DNA of 64,000 bases from Carcharhinus amblyrhynchos (Eukaryota). The position numbers and the translations under genes were made by a program. Of the stretch, positions 58,861 through 64,000 are shown piece by piece. How positions within the stretch are numbered: position 1 is the first letter of the stretch; each line of letters starts with the position of its first letter. The stretch lies in assembly GCA_965287045.1 (NCBI GenBank), contig OZ336885.1, positions 41,292,001 to 41,356,000 of the forward strand. The letters run 5' to 3'. The notes below the pieces were generated by a model. It searched no databases. It was not told the DNA's origin and worked only from the letters and a program-made list of their open reading frames with translations.

Positions 58861-61800
58861 GTCACCAATCATAGGATTGATTGTTCCTCTACATAATTTA
58901 TACCGGGTGACTGGACATGGAAGGGCTATAAGCTGATATGAAGGCTATGAGGGGCCATTCGTGTAGATGGGGGGTGGGCAGAGGGTGGCATTTTTTGGCA
59001 TTGAGTTGGTCGGTGATCTACAAGAATCCAATGGAGGGACTGGGGTCATGAGTTGCATGGTGGTGGCATGGGGACTTTGACAGGGTGCAGTGACAGGACA
59101 TGGAGGTTTTGAACATACCTTTCAAAAGTTTCATGAACCTAGGCTATGGATCACGATTCCTCTGAGATCTGTGAACTAAGAGCCACGAAGAAGCGGCTCT
59201 GACTTCATGAAATATTATGGGGTGCTGCTAGGAAATGCGCACTTCGGGAATGGAGCCAGGCAGGTTAGGAGTGCATGATGATCAACAATTGCAAAGGGAA
59301 AGGGGTCCCAGGGCCAGTATTTGCATGGAGTGAGAAACAAGTTTCCTTGGGGGACTGGGGCAAAATACCATTCACCTCCTGGCCCACAAGCAGTGCTGGA
59401 AAACATATAGCTGATCCCTGCAATAATCACCACCTCCCAATAGGTTTCCTGAACCCCAGAAAACCAAGACAGGCAGCATTAACCCTAAAATACTCAAAAC
59501 ATATGAGGCACACAACCTTGTTAAAATATTTAAATGACTGACCTGTCTCCTGAGAGTGATCTGGTCATGCACACGTAAAGCAGCCATTTAAACAAGATGT
59601 TGACATGGTCAGGGTGGGTTGGGAGGTTGTTTGAGGGTTTCTACAATTTATCACTTTGCTGCACCCAATCCCACCATTTTGGTGGGTTCAAATTATCCCT
59701 CAGTTTGAGATTGCTATCAACCAGAACAGATAGGAAGCAAACAAGTTTCATTGTAAACTTTTGATCTGTCGGAAGTTCTATTGCTGTCTGTATGATCGCA
59801 CTGATACATGCTTCAGCAAACATCTTTCCTGTCAGACTTTTAGGTGTGTTCATTATTCTCAATGGGAAGTTAAATCCAAATTTTGACCATGATTAAGATG
59901 GAATTAATGCCTCTGGAGAAAATGGCCTGTTGATTTTATTATGCATATTATTTCATTCCAAGAGCAATTATTTTATTCCATGTTATTTGAAAACAGGACA
60001 TTGATGAATTCAGGTAGCTTTAAATTGTGTTGTACTAATTGGCCTTTTTTAGCATATTCTGTATAATGTTTGCCTGCAATAGCAATTAACGTTGGTTAAT
60101 TGTATTCACATATTTTGTTTGCATTCGCACAATAATGTGACAATCAATGCAGGTGCTAAAAACAAATAGAATTCTCAGTTATGATGCAGGAAAAACAAAG
60201 AAAAAAGAGATTTTAAAAAGGCAATGGGATTCAGGGCAACAAAACTGAAGCCAACATGGCATTAAATAGCACAGTGAGATAAATACAGATAACAAGAGAT
60301 TTGGGAGAAATGTTTGTAATAGTGGAACCGGGGGCTACAATTAATGAGAAATGGACAGGGAAACCCTAACAACTTGGTAGAAGTAAAATCTATGGAAAGA
60401 ACAAAGGGGTGTAGAAAGAATGGGCAGTATGAGTCACTTGGAAGGAACAGAACAGAATGTAACAAGGTGCAAATAATGAGACAGGCTCAAAAAGGCCCAG
60501 CCAGAAGGAATTAATGGTGAGAGATGATGAAGAAAGAGCATATTTTAAAGTTTTACTTGCTGATAAGGAACAGAGCATGTTTGGCAAGGATAAATGGTGA
60601 GGAAGGATTACAAAGAACACAACCAGTTTCATGAGAAATGCAGAATGGTTGAGTTACCTATAACTCTTTGTTTCATTCACTGTGATAAATTTGAACGCTT
60701 CCTTATTTCACATAACTATTTTAAATTGTTCTGTGCTTGAATTGCATTCTATTAGTTCCAAAGTGCAAATGCCAGCAACTTTGTTCCTTATGGTCAATTC
60801 TTACGTCTCTAAGCTGTCAACCATTGTTTGTGATAAATTACATCAGTTCACAATTAAGCCAGTGAGTTATGCATCACGGGAAAATTAAGGTTAGAGGTTA
60901 TGGATGAGTCAATTAAAATCTTCCCTACTGTTCTTCATAATGAAGTGTACAACAAGAGAACAACTTGACTAAGCATGGAGACAAAATGTAACAAGAAATT
61001 TGGTCAATATTCATCTCCCAAAGGACATTAGATATAACGAATAATTGCAATAGAATGTAATTGGTACAAAAAAGTTAAAGCTAGTTAAAGCAGTTGACTG
61101 TGGGAAGTTAAAGGGGTGCACATAGGTCTGCAAATTTGATAACTGGGCTTCGAATGAGATCAAATCTGTAATGAAGATGGAATAACTGCCATCTGGAATA
61201 CCTAGCAAGCTACTCAATCATATGACTATCTCCTTGGGACAACTGGGACCTTATCAATGATGTCCAAATCCTGAGAATGAATGCAATTTTTGTTTTTTAT
61301 TCTACAAAGAAGTACTTCCTCACATCAATTCTGACCGAAATATTTCTAAAACTCTTTGTTTGATGGCTATGGTTCAACTTGAAATGGTGCTCTGTTTCCT
61401 ATTCAATTTAATATTATTTACATGTACTAGGGAAGGATATATTTTCAAGGGTATAGGGAACAGACAGGGAAGGACACTAATTGGGTCACTCTTCAAACAA
61501 CCAACAGAGGCAGAACGGGCCAAATATTCCCCTTTTCCATTGTATGATTCTGTGACATTTCTATTCTGTAATGAAATAGACAGCATGGAAATATCTATCT
61601 GATCAGCTGTTTAAATGGTTCCAAGAAACAGTGTTCCACAAAGTGGTTGATTATTATCAAGCCTCCTGCTGTCACTTGGAGGAAGCCCGTGCCAAGTAAA
61701 TTAGTGCAGTTGGCATTTTCTCTGTTGCTGAAAATGTAATGCTGATGTTGCTACTTGGTCGAAGACTCAGTTTTAAAAAATGGCATAATTCACCCATGGC

Positions 61801-62609
61801 TTCAATTTCCCACAGTGCTCATTGACAACTCCAAAACAATTCTGTTGCTTGTGGTGTACATGCTGGATGGGGATATAGGGTCTGCTGGTTGTCCTCCTAT
61901 AACTTCAGATCTACTCAGGTGTCCTCAACTACAGCATCTACTCTTCCTTCAACATGACAGGCAACACAGGACTTGCTGTGCATGTGCACTGCCCAAAAGA
62001 TTAGAACAATTTATTCACTCATTTCTGCATCACTGTTCAGTAACTACTGAGCTTCTGTTCCCTTAAGACCACCTTGAATCTGGACACCATTCACATCACA
62101 TGTAAGGCAAGCAGAAGTTATTATCCGTCAATTAACTTAATTGATATTTATTTTATAGATTATAGTTTTCATAGAATCTTGAATGGTTACAGTAAAGAAG
62201 GAGGCCACTCGGCCCATTGTATTGGTGCAGGCTGTCTGCAAGAGCAGTTTCACTTAGTGACACTCACCCACTTTTTTCCTGCAGTCTGCCAATTTTTCTT
62301 CACATTAATCTCGCGTCAATTGATCCCAGTTACTGCTGCTTAACAAGCCAACAATTAATTAGTATCAGGCCTGTTCATTAACCCTGGAGCAACTTTAGAA
62401 GCTTGAAAGAAAATACCGATCGCTCCATTCTTGCTAGTTCACAAAGAATGTGAATACATATTTAAAATGTGCAACACCTCTAATGCACAGAACAGTGCCA
62501 TTCTTGAACTGAAGAGGATTGGTCAACGAGACTAGAAAATAGGCATACGCTCTGATCATGATTTTGACATTATACAATTATATCATCTATTTCAGCTGGA
62601 GAATGATAT

Positions 62610-62880
62610 CTAAGAACATAGGAATTAAGAGAGGGAGTGGATAATTCAGCCCTTCAAGCCTGTCTAATATTAAACATGATGATGGCTGATTTTTTCCTGG
62701 TATCAACTCCTCTTTCCTGCTGGCTCCCAATAGCACTTTCTGCTTTATATCTATCTTTTTCTTGAATCTGTTGAATGATTCTACCCCCACTTTGGGGCAG
62801 TGAGTTCCATAGGTCCATAACCCTCTAAGGGAAGTAATTTCTCCTCATCTCAGTTTTGAACCTTTGTCTTCTCACGCTTT
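62610..62880 (-). mobile_element. Degenerate CR1 3' fragment
   Basis: TAAGAACATAGGAA..ATTCAGCCCTTCAAGCCTG..ATTTCTCCTCATCTC. Confidence 0.7.
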
Positions 62881-64000
62881 AGAGACAAATCTCCCATAAC
62901 GCCATGCTAATTTTTTAAGTGTGGTGGACCAGGAGAATCATGTTTCTGCAGATTCACGGGATTCGAAAATGCGTTCCCACCGCACGTGCATCTCCGAGCA
63001 CCGGATATCCAGCACAGCGGGACCATGCTGGAAACCAGTGGGTACAGCAGGTAAGCGATTTATGTCTTATTTTAATACTAGTTAAATGTGCTTAGTGAGC
63101 CCGGTCTGAAGTACCCGGGTCCGTTAGCATCTCTCATTCCGCCAGTGCAATTTCACCCTGATGGGGTTCAGGCTAGTTCTCCACTTTCAGAGATGCAGCA
63201 GGAGACCCTTCTGGAATAAAGGGGAAGCAGTTGGGGCCCCCTACAGGGTTGGGTGGCAGGGGTGGTGCCCCCTAGGCATAGGCACCCAGGCAGTTCCAGT
63301 CTGTGGCCTCAGCACTACTCAAGGGCAAAGTGCCCATGCCCGGGGCCACCTTGGTACCGCTCACTGGGCAGGGGGCAGTGCCACAGAGGCCAGGCCTAGG
63401 GAGCGGGGCCTACTGGAGGCAGGGCCTGCTGGAGGCAGGACCTACGTGTTGATCCTTGGAATGGGGAGTCCCGTTGCCACCCTGCATGGGGGTTGGTCGA
63501 ATCTGGAGGGAGACCAGCGATCGGGGGGGCGGGGGGGGGAGCAGCGGGGGGAATGGTCTGCCGAGGGTCTGCCTCTTGTGGGGGAGAGTCTGCTGGGAAT
63601 GGTTGTATCTGCTGTGGAGGTCTGCAGGGTGGTATCATCACTGTTGGGGGGAGGGTCTGGAGAATGGGGTGCTCTGGGACGAGGTTTTGGGGCTAGCCCA
63701 TGAATGGGTGGGGGGCCGCAATTGGGCTCTGGGATGGTTGTGGGGTGCAGCACTGTGGGGGTTCCACGTTGGCCAGCCAATTGAGCTGGCCAGTCATCAG
63801 GAGGATTACAGTTTGGGGTTACTGCGCAGAGGCCTAGAACTATCAGACTTTGGCATGAATAGGCCCCACCCCCAAGCTTTTAATTATATTCACAGTTGTG
63901 GCCTCTATATTGCAGAATGTGGGAGATTTGACTGTTAACTCCCACTGAAAAAACAATTTTGATTTGCCTCAGTTTTCCAGTGAATTCAGCACTTAGAACT
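62881..64000 (-). mobile_element. Non-autonomous Harbinger-type element, inverted relative to 3712; runs off the window
   Basis: Last ~60 bp are the reverse complement of ~3737-3795 (TTCTAAGTGCTGAATT...CAGTGGGAG). Confidence 0.7.

Noticed and set aside
61755-62066. 103-aa plus-strand ORF
   Set aside because: TTG start, no motif and no convincing splice context; possibly an antisense decayed TE.
63161-63938. Several overlapping 80-180 aa ORFs
   Set aside because: GC-rich, stop-poor interior of a non-autonomous transposon; low-complexity G/P peptides. The same applies to ORFs at 3.8-4.3k, 9.0-9.4k, 19.6-20.0k and 41.9-42.6k.
1-64000. CRISPR array, operons, rRNA or other prokaryotic systems
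   Set aside because: No regularly spaced repeat-spacer array or gene-dense organisation; the sequence is vertebrate repeat-rich DNA.

Overview
Eukaryotic, repeat-dense genomic DNA. The repeat content (HE1/V-SINE-like SINEs, young CR1 LINEs with (TTCTTATG)n tails, a SacSINE1/DeuSINE-like relic, Penelope-like termini, Harbinger-type elements and Gypsy relics) points to a cartilaginous fish, most likely a shark; this is inferred from recalled repeat consensuses. I recognise no host protein-coding gene, so the window looks intergenic or lies in a large intron, with a few candidate small exons. The only long ORFs are retroelement-derived. The best is a 605-aa ORF made by a young CR1 reverse transcriptase inserted in frame into the integrase Zn-finger of an old two-LTR Gypsy element (7928-13938). 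Most unusual structures: (1) an unexplained head-to-head inverted duplication at about 1.1-2.4 kb with a 105-bp, 91%-identical core around two CCAAT boxes; (2) tiny palindromic Penelope-derived insertions with 12-13 bp target-site duplications and minimal hammerhead-ribozyme motifs (22.0 kb, 43.6 kb); (3) a 141-bp-period tandem duplication with a codon-biased substitution pattern at a CR1 5' junction (35.6 kb). Most repeat boundaries are approximate (tens of bp), and family names come from recall, not database searches.
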